From Chiloscyllium plagiosum (lineage: Eukaryota), in assembly GCF_004010195.1 (NCBI RefSeq), contig NC_057718.1:98146876-98210875 (forward strand): a stretch of DNA of 64,000 bases. The letters run 5' to 3'. The notes under the pieces are model-generated. The model was not told the DNA's origin, ran no database searches, and saw only the letters and a program-made list of their open reading frames with translations. Of the stretch, positions 1 through 13,029 are shown in pieces (within the stretch, counting starts at the first letter, position 1; every line of letters begins with the position of its first letter). Both the position numbers and the translations under genes were made by a program.

Positions 1-1636
1 TCCTGGATCAAGGCCAGTGTGGTTAGCAGTGAATGCAAATTCTGAGGTAATTGTAGCACAATTGCATGTCACGCTCACAAAGACAGAGCTTTCCAACCCC
101 AACATGCAAAGCTGCAGTCATTGAGATGCAAGATAAATCTGGAACCAACCTTGCCTGTCTTAGGGTTTTGTGTGTCAGTGTTAAAAAGAAATCCATCCAT
201 TATCGCAATAAGGTGGGAAAAAAAATATAAAGCCAAAAGCTTAAGAAAACTTACTTTACAGAATGTAAAGCAGTGGATTTGGGAACTAAAATATTGAGAG
301 GGTTAATAGGCAGATTGAACAGACTGGCAGAGACTCAAATGCAACTATCTTGAGTGTATCTAATCAAGTATGCTGAGCCATAAAAGGGAAATTTTAATGA
401 ATGGAGTTTGTGACTCCAGCCTCCGCACCTTGACCTTGTGCTTGGGATAAGGGACAGAAATAACTGGTTTACCCACACGCAGTGGAGATTTTCACATTGC
501 CCCCTGGTCAGTATGAGGTTTCTGCAGCAATACTGCCAGTGAAGCAGTAGCAATTTAGCCTGTTTGACTGGGGAACTGTGGACTCTATTTTAAGAGTGGC
601 TAAATATAGCTGAAATGCCATGAGTCATTATTATTTTTTAAGAAGTTGAAAAAAAATATGTAATCTATAATACCCAGCCCTTGAAGGCAATGTTAAGAAA
701 AGGATAGCATTCAACAATTGAGGATACAACAAAGTAAGAGAGATGCATTCGCAAACCACTGCCTAAAAACATTTTAAAAAGCCACTGAAATAGCATTTCG
801 TAAAGGTGTTGGAAAAACCCACTCCTGTGACATACCAAAAAAAAATCAATGCCTTAATGAGGCACTGACTCATTACAGAGTAAAGTTTTATCCAATGCTC
901 TCGGTTCAGAGATTTCTGTGTGCGCTTGAATTCCCAACTGCACCTCCCAGAGCACAAAGCGCTCTGCCAGAAGCACTAATGTTGAAAATGTATTCCTATA
1001 TTAATGCTGCAAGATACCAATTAATCCGGTGACGATTCATTATTAAATTTTGCCATCTTTTTTCACTAGACTGCAGTTATTAGGGACAAAACCGTATCGC
1101 CCCAATAGTGGTGATTGGCAATTAACTGGACATGCAGGGGGCAAGCAAACTTGGGGCTTGTTGCCATGTTTTCAGTCATGGCTGTGCATTGCCACAGGGT
1201 GGCCAGGTTCATTCAAGGTTAGCATCATTTTACAGCCGGCCTGCAGCTCTTCATATAGTCACTGTGAGAGAACCCAGCAGCCAATTTATGCACAGCAAGC
1301 TCCCACCCAACAGCAGTGTGGTAAAGGCCAGATCATTTTGTTGTATTTTCGCTGTTGTAAAGTGAAAGTTGGGTAAATGTCCCCTGACTAACCTTGACCA
1401 ATTTGCAGTGACCCTTTTCAACTCAGATGTGTTCTGCATTGGGAAGGTCAAAAGGAGGATGAGAATCAGGGGAAGCTCCAAAACAACTTTATTGGACACT
1501 TTGTCGAGGACTAGCGATGTTTATCAGACCCTTCTATAGTACTTTAATTAAATTCTCTCAATTGCTTCTTCAATAAAAGTTCTTAACTCTCTCAGAAAAC
1601 AGTCTCAAATCAACACTAGCTATCTATTTGAGCCAT

Positions 1637-1960
1637 ATAAGATAATCAGAGGGTTAGATAGGGTGGACAGTGAGAGCCTTTTTCCTCTGATGGTGACGGC
1701 TAGCACAAGGGGACATAGCTTTAAATTGAGGAATGATAGATATAGGACAGATGTCAGAGGTAAGTTCTTTACACAGAGAGTGGTATGGGCATAGAATGGC
1801 CTACCTGCAACAGTAGTAGACTTGCCAACTTTAAGGGCATTTAAATGGTCATTGGATAGGCATATGGACGAGAATGGAATAGTGTAAGTTAGATGGGCTT
1901 CAAATTGGTTTCACAGGTTAGCGCAACATCAAGCGCCGAAGGACCTGTACTGCGCTGTAA
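1637..1960 (+). mobile_element. CR1/HER1-type LINE 3' end
   Basis: YKIIRGLDRVDSESLF…RGHSFKL…FFTQRVV ORF2 C-terminus plus 3' UTR. Confidence 0.85.
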
Positions 1961-1964
1961 CTTG

Positions 1965-2168
1965 TAGATTAGATTAGATTCTCTACAGTGCAGAAACAGG
2001 CCCTTCAGCCCAACAAGTCCACACCAACCCTCCGAAGAGTAACCCACCCAGACCCATTTCCCTCTGACTAATGCACCGAACACTATGGGCAATTTAACAT
2101 GGCCAATTCACCTGACATGCGCATCTTTGGACTGTGGGAGGAAACCGGAGCACCCGGAGGAAACCCAC
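1965..2168 (-). mobile_element. HE1-type SINE, 3' half
   Basis: Reverse complement of V-core and tail; inserted into a CR1 tail. Confidence 0.8.
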
Positions 2169-3184
2169 GTTCTATGTTCTATCCACTCTGACACGTGCTT
2201 CCGACATTTCACAATGCCCTATCCACAGATAGAACATAGAACACTCCAGCGCAGTCCAGACCCTTCGGCCCTCGATGTTGCACCAACCTGTGAAACCAAT
2301 TTGAAGCCCATCTAACCTAACCTACACCATTCCATTATTCCAAGATCCCTTCCGCTGTATTTCAACTGTTTGTGTGAAAAGGCTAGTAATACCAATTCCT
2401 CAGTCTTTGAGGGATGGCCGATGTTTCAGGATCAGCAGTCTTTGATTCGGGCTTCCCCTTTCACCTCGGGCAGGTTTTGGATTTTGGGTCACCTCACTGA
2501 GGTTGTCTCTGTGAAGACATCGTTGAAGATGGTTTAAAACACAGAGAGCTGCTGAGGCTTCAGGTTACCCCTCTATCTTTCTCATCAAGCTCTTCTCTGT
2601 GGCCTGTGTCCAACACCAGTGTCAGACAGGGGCAGGAAAATACAATGGGGTGACTACATTCCATACCTGGAACGCGCAGAACATGTTTTCTTTTACCCTT
2701 CAGCTGTTAAGTGCTGTACCTCAGGCCTCTGACCGAACTGGGTGCCACCAAGTCTACATGGCATTCTTTGAACAGAGCAGCAGATGGGAACAATGGTTCG
2801 TTCTGAAACAATGTGGCCATGAGCACCTGACCGTGCAGTTCCAGGTCTGTCAGGTTTCGACAGGACGTGGATTGTCCAAGGCCAGACTGCGTGAGCACTT
2901 TCCGTTCCAGCTCTGCAGTTTGCAGATTGTGGAGGCTGGCAAGGTTTAAGCTCATGCAAAAATGTCAATGTTTCTGTAGCAATCCTGGAGGTCATAGGTC
3001 ACCTGACCAAACTGTGACTTTGATTAAGCGTTTGATACTGGGGATAACAGCTGTGCTCTGTGTCATGGAATCTTTCACCTTGACCCCCTGCTAACCCCCA
3101 TCACAGGCAGGTGGATCCTCAGTATAACCCCTGACAGCTCCTGTAGCAGTGTGTCAATCCATCAATAACACATGGAATGAAACC

Positions 3185-3830
3185 TAGGAATTAGGAGTGG
3201 GAATAGACATGTTACACCATTTACCATGATCATGGCTGATCTTATCCTGGCCTCAACTCCACTCTCCTGGTCTCCATTGCCTTTTATTCCTCTTTTCATC
3301 AGAAAGGTCTCATTTCTTTCTTGAATCTGTTGATTGATTCTGCCCGCACTGCAGTTTGGGGCCGTGATTTACACAGATCCCTCTGAGAGAAGTAATTTCT
3401 CCCACATCTCAGTTTTCAACCTACCTTCTCTCACTCGAGATCGATGACCTCTCGTCCATGACTGTCCCACAAAGGGGAGCATCGGTTCAACATCCGTCTT
3501 ATCAATGCCCTTTATCATGTTATATACCTCAATCAGATCCCCCTCTTTCTATTGAACTCCAGCAAGTACAAACCCAAACTCTTTAACCACTCCTTGTACA
3601 ACAGCCCTTTCACCCCTGGAACCAATCTGGTGAACCTCCCTTGAACTGCCTCCAGTGCTACCACATCCTTCCTCAAGTAAGGAGACGAAAACTGGTCACA
3701 ACACTCCCAGGTGTGGTCTCACCAACAACCTATATAATTGAAACATAATTTCTTTACTTTCATAATCTGGTCCTTTTGCAATAAATGCCAGGATTCCATT
3801 TGCCTTTCTAGTTAAGTGCTGCATCTGCAT
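3185..3830 (-). mobile_element. Old CR1-type LINE fragment
   Basis: KANGILAFIAKG…LYRLLVRPHL on the minus strand. Confidence 0.75.
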
Positions 3831-4394
3831 GTTCACTTTGATATTTGCACTTGCTTCCTGGCATGGAGCTTGTATTCGTGAGCTTATGAAGCCACAGCTA
3901 ACATGCACGTCGTTGATCATCGTTTTGAGTAGCCCAGTGGGAGAGGTCGCTTGTGCTCCAGCCGTGCTGGAAATTCATTCAGCTGCACAAAGTTGAGAGA
4001 AGGCATGGCCTGTATCAGATGTGTGGCGTGGGGAGGTCTTTAGGACATGAAACAGCACAGATAGTGCCAAGCCTGCGAGCTCAATACAATCAAATGCCCT
4101 TTAGTGGGATGTGGTAGGTGTGCTTGGCCAAGTCGTTCAGTACTAAATCTTCCAACGCCTGAGATGTGAAAGGGGGAACCTGGGGGCCCACAGATGGGAA
4201 GGGGAAACTATGGGTTTACTTGCTGCTGCCCAATACCAGAGGTGAGGGAAGTGGCAGAGAAAAGTGCCCTGAGTCAACATATCTCAACACCAAGAAACAA
4301 ATGTAAAATTTGGCAGAAAACAACAAATGCTGGAGATCACAGAGGGTCAGGCAGCATCTATGAGGAGGGAGCAAGCTAACATTTCGAGTCGGTC

Positions 4395-4721
4395 GGGCGG
4401 CACGGTGGTTCAGTGGTTAGCACTGCTACCTCACAACGTCAGGGACCCCGGTTCAATTCCCACCTCGGGTGACTGTCTCTGTGGCGTTTGCACATTCTCC
4501 CCGTATCTGCGTAGGTTTCCTCCGGGTGCTCCGGTTTCCTCCCACAATCCAAAGGTATGCCGGTCAGGTGAGTTGGCTATGCTAAATTGCCCTTAGTGTT
4601 AGGTGCATCAGTCAAGGGTAAATATAGGGTAGGGGAATGGGTCTGGGTCGGTTCCTCGGAGGGTTGGTGTGGACTTGTTGGGCCAAAGGGCCTGTTTCCA
4701 TACTGTAGGGAATGTAATCTA
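4395..4721 (+). mobile_element. HE1-type tRNA-derived V-SINE, full length
   Basis: GGGCGGCACGGTGGTTCAGTGGTTAGCACTGCT head (box A/B), V-core GGGTGCTCCGGTTTCCTCCCAC, LINE-like tail. Confidence 0.88.
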
Positions 4722-4726
4722 AATGG

Positions 4727-5362
4727 GGTATGCTTTCCTTTATTGATCAGAGTATTGAGTACAGGAGTTGGATGGTCATGTTGCGGCTGTACAGGACATT
4801 GGTTAGGCCACTGTTGGAATATTGCGTAAAATTCTGGTCTCCTTCCTATCGGAAAGACGTTGTGAAACTTAAAAGGGTTCAGAAAAGATTTACAAGGATG
4901 TTGCCAGGGTTGGAAGATCTGAGCTACAGGGAGAGGCTGAACAGGCTGGGGCTGTTTTCCCTGGAGCGTCGAAGGCTGAGGGGTGACCTTATAGAGGTTT
5001 ACAAAATTATGAGGGGCGTGGATAGAATAAATAGACAAGGTCTTTTCCCTGGGGTCGGGAAGTCCAGAACTAGAGGGCATAGGTTCAGGGTGAGAGGGGA
5101 AAGATATAAACGAGACCTAAGGGGCAATGTTTTCACACAGAGGATGGTACGTGTATGGAATGAGCTGCCAGCGGATGATGTGGAGGCTGGTACAATTGCA
5201 ACATTTAAGAGGCATTTGGATGGATATATGATTAGGAAGGGTTTGGAGGGATATGGGCTGGGTGTTGGCAGGTGGGACTAGATTGGGTTGGGATATCTGG
5301 TCGGCATGGACGGATTGGACCGATGGGTCTGTTTCCATGCTGTATATCGCTATGATTCTATG
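4727..5362 (+). mobile_element. CR1/HER1-type LINE 3' end with an open 183-aa ORF2 remnant
   Basis: LYRTLVRPLLEYCVKFWSP…LERRRLRGDLIEVYKIM…WNELP; tail CTATGATTCTATG. Confidence 0.92.
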
Positions 5363-7146
5363 GCTCTTCACCAGAGCTGATGTGAAGTGTGGGAGATGAG
5401 GGCAGCATTTATGCTATAGTGGAGGGGAGGAGTTGGAGTGCAGGGGGAGAAAGGGTGTTGACAATTCAGATTAAGTGATCGGAATGTGAAAGCAATGGTG
5501 TATCTGACTGCCAGACTTGAAAGAACAGACTGTCCTGCTGGAGTGTGGGGAGGAGAGAGAGGGCATGGTGACAAGGGAATACAACCAGTAAAGCTAAAAG
5601 GAATGGGTTCGCAATTTGAAGGTGTTGAATGCAGTATTGAGCCCAGAAGGTTGCAAAGTGCTTATTAATGTGTAAATTAGCTAAGGTAGAATGAATAGCC
5701 ATGATTTAGTTGGTGAAAAGCAAAAATAGCAAGTAAGAATCTTGGAGATGCCTAGAGCAATAATTTCTTGAGTTATCCTCTTGCTGTCAGATGTCTGATT
5801 TATCATCTCTTTGCTCCATTCTGCTTCCTGCCTTTTCTCCATTACTTTTTCTCTGTCAGCACTAATGACTGGTCACACATTGCATTGCCACAAGCAAAAG
5901 CAGTATAAGCATATCAGCTCATTGTTAACATCCACAGGGCTATTGAACATGACTTTCAGAAATGGTTTTGTAACTCTGTCGAGAGGCCCCAAAACTGTCT
6001 GTGATATTACAGCCAACAGATAATATTTTGAAGTGCAAATCCAGATCTCCATTACGCATTCCTGATTTTTGAATGAAAGGCACTTTGCAGATAATTTGTC
6101 GTATGCATTTTGATTCATATCACATTTCTGACTAATCACAGCACTCTCATTCCTTATCTTTTGACAGTAATTCTATCCTGAGTTTTTATCTGATGCAGGA
6201 GGTCTGTCTGCTTTCTCTAAATGTCTTAAATGACTTAATACTTGCAAACCGCAATCATTATTAAGGCCTTATGTACGTAATAATTAGGATCAGAAATTGT
6301 CCATTCGTCCCCTCAAGCCTGCTCCCTATTCAATACAATCATAGCTGATCTGTCTTAATTCTAGACTCCTGCCTGAGCCACCTTTCCCTTAAATCCCTGA
6401 GGATCCGAAAAACTTTCAACCTCTATCTTGAATATATCAATCGACTGATTGAGCTGTGGCTGTCTGGGGGAGAGAATTCTGAAGACTTCAACTATCTTCC
6501 ATGAAGAGATATCTCATCATCTCGCTCCTGTGAGGTTGATGGCCATTCTTGAGACTATGTCCCCAGTTCTAGACTCTCCAACGCAGGGAAACAGATCCCT
6601 CTGCATATATCTTATTCCTTGTTAATCTGTCCCAGAATACTACCTGTTTAAACAAAATCATTGCTAATTCTTCTGAACCGCAGAAAGAGGCCTCATCTAT
6701 TCAGTCTCGCTTCAAACCTCATCGAGTGTAACAGGCTTGTGTGTGGATAGCAAGGGCCATCCCAGTTTCTTCTGAAAAACTACCGTGTGCTGTTAGGTTT
6801 ATGTGTGAACAAAAAGCATGAGAGCGAAGCAGATTTGAGCGAGTATCCAGCTTCGGGCAACTCCCAGGAAGGTGAATTTAGCGGCAGTAATGCTGAACAG
6901 GACAAGGGGGCATTTGAGGGTGGTCGATGTGGTGTCGCATGTTTTACAGTGGAGGACAGCATGACTGTTTTGCCCTCATTTTCTACCACACTGGCACAAA
7001 AGCAAAAACTTCCAGCCACTGAGAGAGGGGCATTTTGTTCATCCACCAAGGTAGCAATATCAGCAAAATGTTTTTCAGACATTGGCTGGACATATAAAAC
7101 ATGAGCTTCTAGCGTTTTTGAAAACGTTAAACAATGCCTATTTGTA

Positions 7147-8052
7147 CATGGAGTCATCCAACACGGAGCCAGATCCTTCGGTCCAACCAGTCCATGATGA
7201 ACATAATCCCAAACTAAACTAGTCCCACCTGCTGGCTCCTGGCCCATATCCCTCTAAACTTTTCTTACTTATGTAGAAACGTAGAGCGAATTATACAATG
7301 AACGGAAGAGCCTTGGGAAAAGTTGATGGGCAGAGAGATCTAGGAGTGCAAGTCCATTGTACCCTGAAGGTTGCTGCACAGGTGGATAGAGTGGTCAAGT
7401 AGGCATATAGTATGCTTGCCTTCATTGGACGGGGTATTGAGTATAAGAGCTGACAAGTCATGTTAAAATTGTACAAGACATTGGTTCGGCCGCATTTAGA
7501 ATACTGTGTACAGTTCTGGGCACCACATTACCAAAAGGATGTGGACGCTTTGGAGAGGATGTTGCCTGGTATGGAAGGTGCGAGCTATGAAGCGAAGTTG
7601 AGTAAGTTAGGTTTATTTTCATTTGAAAAAAGGAGATTAAGGGGGGACCTGATTGAGGTTTATAAAATCATGAAGGGTATAGACAGGGTGGATAGAGACA
7701 AGCTTTTTCCCAGGGTGAAGGATTCAGTAACGAGAGGTCACGCTTTCAAGGTGAGAGGTGGAAAGTTTAAGGGGGATACACGCGGCAAGTACTTCACACA
7801 GAAGCGTTAGGAACACGTTGCCAGCAGAGATGGTAGAGGCAGACACAGTAGATTCATTTAAGATGCATCTGGATAAATGCATGAGTAGGTGGGGAGTAGA
7901 GGGATATAGATGCTTAGGAATTGACCGACAGGTTTAGACAATACATTTGGATCGGCTCAGGCTTGGAGGGCCGAAGGGCCTGTTCCTGGGCTGTAAATTT
8001 TCTTTGTTCTTTGTGTTTTTTTACCCCAAATGCTTTTTAAATGTTGTAATTG
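7147..8052. mobile_element. CR1-type LINE (+, 7273-8012) inserted into a minus-strand CR1 tail
   Basis: LYKTLVRPHLEYCVQFWAP motif; the host tail continues on both sides. Confidence 0.85.
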
Positions 8053-9277
8053 TGCTGCAGTGATCCAAGTCTTTGTTGACACCAGTTGGTGTGTTTCACT
8101 CAGAATGCATCATGAATTTAAAGAAATGAAAACAGCCAAGTCTCTGAAGCATCTGTTGTTGTGATGCATCTGTAAATCTAACCCTTTACTTGATAGCTGA
8201 ACCTGACTTCATAAAGCAATGAGATAGCCATCCTGTAGAAATTTGATGAACATTTTCTCTGTTACTTAATCTTATCTGATGCTGATTGACCTGCTGTGCA
8301 TTTCCAATGTTTTTTGCTTCTAGTTATTGTTTTAATAGTTTATGAGTGGCAAGACAAGAGCAGAGAATCCTGTTCATCTTTCAAAGAGCAACAAAATTAG
8401 TTTAGTCTTGTTCTATTGGAAAATATTCATTCGTTTTCTCACGAAATGGAGTTGCATACTGACATTGTGCCTGTGATTTGGAAAAGATTTGGTGCATTAA
8501 TTTGCTGGTTAAGTAAATCGCTATCAAATGGATCATTTTCTGAGGGAAAATTGACAAGAGTTTCCCATAGTCACCTGCTCCTACACTCTTGCCAATTTGA
8601 AACAAATTTGGGTTTAATCAGAGAGAAAATCTGGACTGCACACAAAGCAATGAAACAAGATTTTGTCTAAATTAGCAATCAATTCCGTTTGCCCCTGCAT
8701 TAAAATCTCGCTATTAGAGAAACTTTTCAAGATCGTGAAGGAAGAATATTTCATAGTGATTTCTGCACACTTATCGATATTTTATGAACAACACAGGACA
8801 CAATGATATAAATAAACATAAGGTGACCTTCAAGATAATATAAGTTCTGACTTTTTGTTTAAAGAATGACTATTCTAAGACATCGTTTATAGTGACCGTA
8901 GCCTCAAGAAACAAATTTAATTTAAGTGGAGTTTAAAAAGAGACAGACTGGCCATTTTTTGTGATTTATGCTTCAGTCTCACTGTCTCTGAGCTTCAGCA
9001 CCCAAGGATGATTGTTTACTTATCAGAAATGGCTCTCAGTGCACCCTGCAGTTGTCTGTTGTAATATTTCCTTTGATGACAAAGCTATTTTTAACTTTTT
9101 TTATTAATATTCAACATCTGTGTTACTGCTTATTACCAGGTAAATAGGAGTTGGCAGTGTGATTGACTGTCAGTAGTGATTAATACAGAGAAGATGGCTG
9201 TAATGCATAGTGAAAGGACTGATATCAGTTAGAATCCATTGTGTGTACTGTAGCATTGCAATAAAATAAATGTTTAA

Positions 9278-9736
9278 GCTGGAAGTTTTTGTTGTAAGTG
9301 TTTCGTCCCCTGGCTAGGCGACATCATCAGTGCTTGGGAGCCTCCTGCGAAGCGCTTCTTTGATGTTTCCTCCGGTGTTTATAGTGGTCTGTCCCTGCCG
9401 CTTCGGGTTGTCAGTTTCAGCTGTCCGCTGTAATGGTTGGTATATTGGGTCCAGGTCGATGTGTTTGCCTCCAGGTTGACTCCATCAACAAACACATCGA
9501 CCTCGACCCAATATACCAACCACTACAGCGAACAGCTGAAACTGACAACCGGAAGCGGCAGGGACAGACCACTATAAACACCGAAGGAAGCACCAAAGAA
9601 GCGCTTCGCAGGAGGCTCCCAAGCACTGATGATGTCGCCTAGCCAGGGGACGAAACGTTTGCAACAAAAACTTCCAGCTCGGCGAACAGAACCACAACAA
9701 CGAGCACCCGAGCTACAAATCTTCGCACAAACTTTG
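9278..9736. mobile_element. Penelope-like element 3' end with inverted duplication; 13-bp TSD AATAAATGTTTAA
   Basis: Inverted arms 9278-9467 and 9489-9678; encodes SINKHIDLDPIY (C-terminus of PLE GIY-YIG); TSD at 9265-9277 and 9737-9749. Confidence 0.85.
9623..9662 (+). ncRNA. Minimal type I hammerhead ribozyme motif (PLE family 1)
   Basis: GCA-CTGATGA-TGTCGCCTAGCCAGGGGAC-GAAACGTT-TGC: stem I GCA/UGC, intact core, palindromic ACGU stem III. Confidence 0.7.
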
Positions 9737-9904
9737 AATAAATGTTTAAATTGTGCTTAGGTTGATCATTGCAATGAATATTCTGGAATGGTTAAATTGG
9801 TTAGGAAATGTCAGGCTGATTGAAAAACAATGTTTTTTTTCAGAAACAGAGGGTTGGATTCATATTGATGAGTGTCTTGGGATATTTTTCAGTGTTAAAT
9901 TATA

Positions 9905-10470
9905 TATTGGTTAAGCCACTTTTGGAATATTGTGTGCAATTCTGGTCTCCCTGCTATTGGAAGAATGTTGTGGAACTTGAAAGGGCTCAGAAAAGATTTA
10001 CAAGGATGTTACCAGGGTTGGAGGATTTGAACTGCAGGGAGAGGCTGCACAGGCTGGAGTTGTTTTCCCTGGAGTGCCAGAGGCTGAGGGGTGACCTTAG
10101 AGAGATTTATAAAATCATGAGGAGCATGGATAGGGTAAATAGGCGACATCTTTTCCCTGGGGTGGGGGAGTCCAGAACTAGAGGGCATAGGTTTAGACTG
10201 AGAGGGGAAAGATATAAAAGAGACCTAAGGAGCAACGTTTTCACACAGAAGGTGGTGCGTGTAAGGAATGAGCTGCCAGAGGAAGTGGGGTAGGCTGGTA
10301 CAATTACAACATTTAAAAGGCAGCTGGATAGGTATATGAATAGGAAGCGTTTAGATGGATATGTGCTAAATGCTAGTAAATGGGACGAGATTAATTTAGG
10401 GTATCTGGTCAGCATGGACGAGTTGGACCGAAGGGTCTGTTTCCGTGCTGTACATCTCTATGACTCTGTA
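9905..10470 (+). mobile_element. CR1/HER1-type LINE 3' end
   Basis: LVKPLLEYCVQFWSP…RLRGDL motif. Confidence 0.9.
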
Positions 10471-11891
10471 ACTGCAAGTTATCAGTCAGGTTATGCATAA
10501 TATAAATGTACTGGAAGCTTCAGGTCCTTTTCCCTGTCCGGAAGAGAAAAAAAAACGATTGTTATCCAATCAGTTTTTCATGAAGGCTGCACCCCTTTAA
10601 TAATTTAAGAATCTTTAGTGCAAAGGTAATGGTCATCCTTGACTGCACAGTATTTAATGCTGACATCTGTGAGTGCCACCACGGAGGCTTAATGCTCATC
10701 CCTGACCCTGTTTGAGTTTAATTTCTGGTTGTGCTACTTTGGGAGATAGTGAACTCATTCCCTGCCAAGATTCTCTTTGATGACCTTTTGCTGTGCATGC
10801 CATGGTGTGGTCCTTTTCAGACTGGGGCCATCCTTCGTGCTGTGGTATATTTGGCCCCCTATATTGTACCACATGTCTGCACGGCTTAGACAGAATGTCT
10901 GCTTTCGGGCAGTTTGTCTTGCAGCTCATCACCCTTTTTGGTCACTCTATTCCTGCAGCAACGTGTCTAACTAAGCACAAAATATAAAGATCAGCTCAGC
11001 AAAAGAACGCATCGTCATTCTTCGCAACACGTGTGTGAGTTCAGAAACTAACATGCCAGTGGTTTTCTGTAGCCCAGCCACATGTTAATATTGAGACAGA
11101 TGTCTGGAAGTTTACTAACAATTAACTAGATACACCCAACATGACATCTCAGACTTAGATGTGCTGTCCAGGTTACGCGCTTACATAACTACTCCATTCG
11201 CAGTTTTATTCATTCATTCATCAGCAGTCCCTTGTGAATGAGGGTGGCTCTCTCCCACTCTCAGGGTGAGTCCGTAGGAGGCTGTACAGAGGGCTGTGCA
11301 GGCTCTGTTACACTTGGGACAGGTGGTAGTCATGGGGCTTTTGTGTGGCAGCACACTCCTACCGCTGTTTTCCATATGTAGCTTGCTGGATGACTGACTG
11401 ACCAGCTGACTGACTGACTGAACACTTAACTGCAGCATAACTGACCAGAGAGTAAGGTGGTGAACTAGAACCGTCAAATGCCATGATGATATCTTGCTGC
11501 TTTAGTGGGCTGATGCCCCTGTCTAAGATCTGTACATTAACATAACGGGAAGATGTAGCAATACTTAGGGACAATGAGTTGGTGCTTTGTTTTAAAATTT
11601 ATCACGCTGCCTTGAGAGGGGGCAGTGACAATTGACTGAATTAGTGGAGTGGAGAGAAAGTTTTATAAGATTCAGAGGGCTCCCTGTTCCTTTGAAGTAC
11701 CAACGCATTATATTCTTTTGATCAATTCTGAGATACGGCATAATCCTGACCTTCATTGCTGACAAATTGTTAGTTATTATAATTAACCCATGTCCTTAAA
11801 ACTCAATAGAGCAAAATTGCTTTTCACAAGGAGTTGAGTAGTATTGGTCACTGTCAACATTTTCTCATCCCTACTCCTGTCCTTTACCCCA

Positions 11892-12080
11892 AAGTCACAC
11901 GACACCAGGTTATGGTCCAACAGGTTTATTTGAACTCATAAGCGTTCAGAGTGCTGCTCCTTCATCAGATGAAATCACTGACAAAGAAGCTTGTGATTTC
12001 ACATAAACCTGTTGGACTATAACCTGGGGTCATGTGACTTCTGACTTAGTCCGCCCCAGTCCAACATCTGCACCTCCACA
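11892..12080. mobile_element. Short inverted-repeat element (family 4), degenerate hammerhead
   Basis: AAGTCACACGACACCAGGTTATGGTCCAACAGGTTTA … TAAACCTGTTGGACTATAACCTGG…GTGACTT; homologous to 24581-24790. Confidence 0.75.
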
Positions 12081-12250
12081 CCAAAATAGAGGGGGAAATG
12101 AAATGATAACATACGTCAGATTTAATCTTTGCTCTCACTTAACTCTGAGTTCAGTGAGGAAAGAGTGACTAGTGGTCAAAGTTTGAGAGAAGATTTGTAG
12201 CTCGGGTGCTCGTTGTTGTGGTCCTGTTCGCCGAGCTGGGAATTTGTGTT

Positions 12251-12290
12251 GCAGACGTTTCGTCCCCTGTCTAGGTGACATCCTCAGTGC
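12251..12290 (-). ncRNA. Minimal hammerhead motif, inverted twin of 12424-12463
   Basis: Exact reverse complement of the + strand motif. Confidence 0.72.
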
Positions 12291-12423
12291 TTGGGAGCCT
12301 CCTGTGAAGCGCTTCTGTGATCTTTCCTCTGGCATTTGTAGTGGTTTAACCAGAAGCAGCAGATTCAAACCACTACAAATGCCGGAGGAAAGATCACAGA
12401 AGCGCTTCACAGGAGGCTCCCAA

Positions 12424-12463
12424 GCACTGAGGATGTCACCTAGACAGGGGACGAAACGTCTGC
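12424..12463 (+). ncRNA. Minimal type I hammerhead ribozyme motif (PLE family 1)
   Basis: GCA-CTGAGGA-TGTCACCTAGACAGGGGAC-GAAACGTC-TGC; GUC cleavage triplet. Confidence 0.75.
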
Positions 12464-12599
12464 AACACAAATTCCCAGCTCGGCGAACAGAACCACAACA
12501 GTGACTGGTGTTCCTCAAATATTTTCTGTATTTAGACTGATGACCAAGAGGTGTGCATGAGAGGTAAGGGACCCATTTGATTTACTCCACTCCTGTACA

Positions 12600-12942
12600 G
12601 GGCAGCATGGTGGCTCAGTCATTAGCACTGCTGCCACATAGTGCCAGGGACCTGGGTTCAGTTCAAGCCAAGGCTACTTATGTGTGTGGATTTTCCACCT
12701 TCTCCCCGTGTCTGTATGGGTTTCCTTCGGGTGCTCCGGTTTCATCCCTGAGTTCGAAGATGTGCAGCTTAGGGTAGATTGGCCATGCTAAATTGCCCAT
12801 ACTGTCCAGGGATATATAAGTTATTTGGATTAGCCAGGAGAAATGAAGGGTTAAAGGAGTAGGGTAGTGGGGTGAGTCTGGGTGGGATGCTCTTCAGAGT
12901 GTCTGTGTGAACTTGCTTCCACAGTGTAGGGATTCTCTTCTA
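12600..12942 (+). mobile_element. HE1-type SINE
   Basis: tRNA-like head, V-core and tail; ends about 90 bp upstream of the first visible PLCB4 exon. Confidence 0.85.
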
Positions 12943-13029
12943 TGGTTAGATTCTCCACCTGAGGCCTGTTTGGCAAAAGGTTGACCTTATTAAGACTGGT
13001 CACCAACTGGAAACTATTTCTTCCAACAG

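Larger units (their letters stand above)
12175..12500. mobile_element. Penelope-like inverted terminal fragment (same family as 9278-9736)
   Basis: Near-perfect inverted arms about 12214-12347 and 12368-12500; possible TSD AGTGACT(A/G)GTG. Confidence 0.85.

Noticed and set aside
4395..4470. tRNA genes at the SINE heads
   Set aside because: Box A/B are followed by the V-SINE core and LINE-like tail; these are tRNA-derived SINE promoters, not tRNA genes.
4730..5281. 183-aa ORF as a host gene
   Set aside because: It is the CR1 ORF2 C-terminus, repeated many times in the window.
6780..7247. 105-aa and 155-aa ORFs as an alternative PLCB4 exon or nested gene
   Set aside because: No recognisable homology, no convincing splice signals, and partly LINE tail.
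12135..12518. Identical peptides encoded on both strands
   Set aside because: Trivial consequence of the inverted repeat.
1..13029. PLCB4 start exon (MAKPYEFNWQ…)
   Set aside because: No matching sequence found by eye; presumably upstream of the window.
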